Part shown: one piece after another, positions 61,150 to 64,000 of the stretch
Layout: every line of letters begins with the position of its first letter
How positions within the stretch are numbered: position 1 is the first letter of the stretch
From: an uncultured Desulfospira sp.
GTDB lineage: Bacteria; Desulfobacterota; Desulfobacteria; Desulfobacterales; Desulfobacteraceae
Reading direction: 5' to 3'
Assembly: GCA_963663165.1 (NCBI GenBank)
Contig: OY760175.1
Location: forward strand, 2,016,001-2,080,000
DNA: 64,000 nucleotides
Position numbers and translations under genes: made by a program
The notes under the pieces: generated by a model
What the model saw: the letters and a program-made list of their open reading frames with translations, nothing else
Told to the model about the DNA's origin: nothing
Database searches by the model: none

Positions 61150-63435
61150 TTGGGTAAGCCCCTGATCATAGTCGAATCCCCAACCAAAATCAAAACCCTG
61201 AAAAAATATGTGGGCAAGGAATATAATGTGGCGGCCAGTGCCGGCCATATCCGGGACCTTCCGGTCAAAAACCTGGGAATCGACGTTGATGACAACTTTA
61301 AAGCCAAATACGTAAACATTAAAGATAAATCAAAAGTGATTTCCGGGTTAAAGCAGAGTGCCAAAAACAGCAGCGACATCTATCTTGCCCCTGACCCTGA
61401 CCGGGAAGGAGAGGCCATTGCCTTTCACATCATGGATATCCTTAAACACAAGGACAGAAAATTTCACCGGGTCCTGATCCATGAGCTGACCAAAAAGGGC
61501 ATTACCGAAGCCCTTGACCACCCGCTGGAACCGAATAAGGACAAATATGACGCCCAGCAGGCCAGAAGAAAACTGGACCGGTTAGTGGGGTACCAGATCT
61601 CCCCCTTACTGTGGCAGAAGGTGCAGCGGGGTTTGAGCGCCGGCCGGGTCCAGTCTGTGGCTGTTCGAATCATCTGTGACCGGGAACGGGAAATCCGAAA
61701 ATTTGTCCCCGAAGAATACTGGACCATCACCGCAGATCTTATGAGCGGGACCCCTCCTTTATTTAACGCGGCCCTGGTTAAAATAGGCGATCAAAAAATT
61801 GACCACAAAAAATATAAAATTGAAAACCAGGCCCAGGCCGACAAAATTGTAAACGACCTGAAGGGGGCTGATTTCATCGTGGATGAAATCCGGAAAAAAA
61901 CCGTTAAGCGAACCCCGCTGCCCCCGTTTATCACCAGCAAACTTCAACAGGACGCCATCAACCGCCTGCGGTTTTCCGCTAAAAAAACCATGATGGTGGC
62001 CCAGCAGCTGTACGAGGGGATTGAAATCGGCACCGGGGGCCCCGAAGGCCTGATCACCTATATGAGGACCGACTCCACACGGATTGCCCCGGAAGCGGCC
62101 CAGGAGGCAAAGGACCTTATCCTCCAGGAATACGGAACCGATTATGCCCTGAACAAACCCCGGTTTTTTAAAAACAAAAACAAGGCCCAGGACGCCCACG
62201 AAGCCATCAGGCCGACCTCGGTGTTCAATATACCGGAAAAAATAAAATCCTATCTGTCCCCGGACCAGTTCAAACTTTATGACCTGATCTGGAAACGGTT
62301 TGTGGCCTCCCAGATGGCCCAGGCCCTGGTGGATCAGAAATCCATTCTCATCAAGGCCGGGGAGCCTTACCTGTTTTCCGTATCCGGTTCCACCGTGACA
62401 TTTCCCGGGTTTATGAAGCTGTATGCCATTGCTGAAAACGGGGACGGGAAAGACATCCAGGCCCTTCCAAACGTGACTCAAGGCACCCGGCTTTCCTGCG
62501 AAAAAATCAATCCGGACCAGCACTTTACCAAGCCCCCGCCCAGGTTTACCGAAGCCTCCCTGGTCAAGGAACTTGAAAAAAACGGAATCGGAAGGCCCTC
62601 CACCTATGCCTCCATTTTAAGTGTCATCCGGGACAAGGGGTATGTGGACCTGGTCAACCGGGCTTTTGTTCCCAGTGAACTCGGGTTTATTGTCAACGAC
62701 CTTTTGGTGGCGTCCTTTCCCGATTTGCTCAACATCTCCTTTACCGCCCAGATGGAGACCAACCTGGACGATGTGGAAAACGGGGACCTCAATGAAGTGG
62801 ACCTGCTGTCAAAGTTTTACTCCGGGTTTAAAAAGACCCTGGACAAGGCCTCGGAACAGATGGTCAGCGTCAAGGGGGTGGGAATTGAAACCGGCCTTCA
62901 ATGCCCTTCCTGCGGCAAACCCTTGAACATCAAAATCGGCCGGAACGGCCATTTCCTGGCCTGTACGGGTTATCCGGAATGCACCTTTACCTCCAATTAC
63001 ACCAGGGATGAAAAGGGACAGATCGCCATTGTGGAAAAACAGGTGGATGACACCCCGGTCAAAGACTGCCCGGAATGCGGCAAGCCCATGGTGGCCAAAG
63101 AGGGACGGTTTGGGGTCTTTCTGGCCTGTACCGGATATCCTGAATGCAAACATACCGAATCCCTGCAACAGGAAAACGCCGCCAAAGACACCGGGGTGGC
63201 CTGCCCTGAACCCGGCTGTACCGGGACCATCGTTGAAAAGAAATCCAAACGGGGAAAGGTTTTTTACGGCTGTTCCAAATACCCGGACTGCAAATTTGCC
63301 TCCTGGGACAAACCGGTCAACAAAGAATGTCCGGTCTGTGGAGGCCGTTACCTGGTGGAAAAAGAAACCAAACGGGATGGGAAATTTCTAAAGTGTCCGG
63401 ACAGGGAGTGCGGACATCAAGAAACAAGAGACTAG
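61150..63435 (+). CDS. topA: DNA topoisomerase I
   Basis: IVESPTK, DPDREGE, SAGRVQS, ITYMRTDS; C-terminal Zn ribbons. Confidence 0.97.
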   Translation: MGKPLIIVESPTKIKTLKKYVGKEYNVAASAGHIRDLPVKNLGIDVDDNFKAKYVNIKDKSKVISGLKQSAKNSSDIYLAPDPDREGEAIAFHIMDILKHKDRKFHRVLIHELTKKGITEALDHPLEPNKDKYDAQQARRKLDRLVGYQISPLLWQKVQRGLSAGRVQSVAVRIICDREREIRKFVPEEYWTITADLMSGTPPLFNAALVKIGDQKIDHKKYKIENQAQADKIVNDLKGADFIVDEIRKKTVKRTPLPPFITSKLQQDAINRLRFSAKKTMMVAQQLYEGIEIGTGGPEGLITYMRTDSTRIAPEAAQEAKDLILQEYGTDYALNKPRFFKNKNKAQDAHEAIRPTSVFNIPEKIKSYLSPDQFKLYDLIWKRFVASQMAQALVDQKSILIKAGEPYLFSVSGSTVTFPGFMKLYAIAENGDGKDIQALPNVTQGTRLSCEKINPDQHFTKPPPRFTEASLVKELEKNGIGRPSTYASILSVIRDKGYVDLVNRAFVPSELGFIVNDLLVASFPDLLNISFTAQMETNLDDVENGDLNEVDLLSKFYSGFKKTLDKASEQMVSVKGVGIETGLQCPSCGKPLNIKIGRNGHFLACTGYPECTFTSNYTRDEKGQIAIVEKQVDDTPVKDCPECGKPMVAKEGRFGVFLACTGYPECKHTESLQQENAAKDTGVACPEPGCTGTIVEKKSKRGKVFYGCSKYPDCKFASWDKPVNKECPVCGGRYLVEKETKRDGKFLKCPDRECGHQETRD

Positions 63436-63478
63436 ATACAAGAAAAGCGCCTTGTCTCTTGTTTCTTGTTTCTTGTCT
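63418..63478. repeat. Inverted heptamer repeat hairpin between convergent topA and efp
   Basis: caagaaa-caagaga-ctagata-caagaaa ... cttgtct-cttgttt-cttgttt-cttgtct. Confidence 0.8.
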
Positions 63479-64000
63479 ATTCGTTCACCCGTTCTACATA
63501 CTCCCGGGTCCGGGTGTCGATTTTCACCATCTGCCCTTCGTCTACAAAGGGGGGAACCTGGATTTCAAACCCGGTTTCAAGGGTGGCGGGTTTGGTGCTT
63601 CCCGTGGCCGTGTCGCCCTTGGCCCAAGGCTCGGCTTTGGTGACGGTCAGGTTGACAAAATTGGGCAGTGTCAGGCCGATGGGGTTGCCGTTGTGAAGCA
63701 GCACCGTACACAGGGTGTTTTCCTTGAGCAGGTCAATGGCATCCCCGAGCTGATCCTTGGTCATGAATACCTGTTCATAATTTGACGAGTTCATGAAACA
63801 ATAGGCGTTCTGATCGGCATACAGATATTCCATGTCCTGTTCTGCCAGGTCAGCTTTATCAAATTTATCCCCTGACCTGTAAGTCCGTTCGAACTGGGCA
63901 CCGGTGATCATATTCTTAAGCTTGCACTTGTAAAGGGACTGGCCCTTGCCCGGCTTTTTAAATTCAAACCCGACAATAATATGCGGTTCTCCGTCGATTT
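63477..64000 (-). CDS. efp: Elongation factor P (5' truncated by window edge)
   Basis: KPGKG, KGDTA...KPATLETG and IDTRTREYVER. Confidence 0.96.
   Translation of the reverse strand, partial: IDGEPHIIVGFEFKKPGKGQSLYKCKLKNMITGAQFERTYRSGDKFDKADLAEQDMEYLYADQNAYCFMNSSNYEQVFMTKDQLGDAIDLLKENTLCTVLLHNGNPIGLTLPNFVNLTVTKAEPWAKGDTATGSTKPATLETGFEIQVPPFVDEGQMVKIDTRTREYVERVNE

Overview
Bacterial chromosomal segment, most likely from a sulfate-reducing Desulfobacteraceae-type organism (inferred from gene content and repeat style). Core genes: rnfE(partial)-rnfA-mltG, Smr protein, RNB exoribonuclease, split purH, ssrA-smpB-ptsI-HPr-class I adenylate cyclase, parE-parC-mltF, Rne/Rng, yajC-secD-secF-cpoB-dprA-topA and partial efp. 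Three accessory zones stand out. (1) 5.2-10.3 kb: an unannotated three-gene operon (single-pass membrane protein, degenerate dynamin-like GTPase, Hsp70/actin-fold protein) that resembles a remote, re-ordered SrfABC module; it is followed by structured repeats and three type II toxin-antitoxin pairs (11.1-14.0 kb). (2) 26.2-27.4 kb: a tandemly duplicated ~680-bp sigma-54 transcription unit (enhancer palindromes, IHF site, -24/-12 promoter, RBS, ~50-aa ORF, terminator) directly behind a PAS-domain enhancer-binding protein. (3) ~27.4-40.6 kb: a decaying, integrase-less defence island at the tmRNA 3' end (XRE-RadC-N6 MTase-HsdS, RhuM, two pRiA4b ORF-3 paralogues, Fic, a second broken MTase). Several single-base frameshifts, including one in parC, suggest sequencing indel errors. 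No CRISPR array, rRNA or complete tRNA was found.
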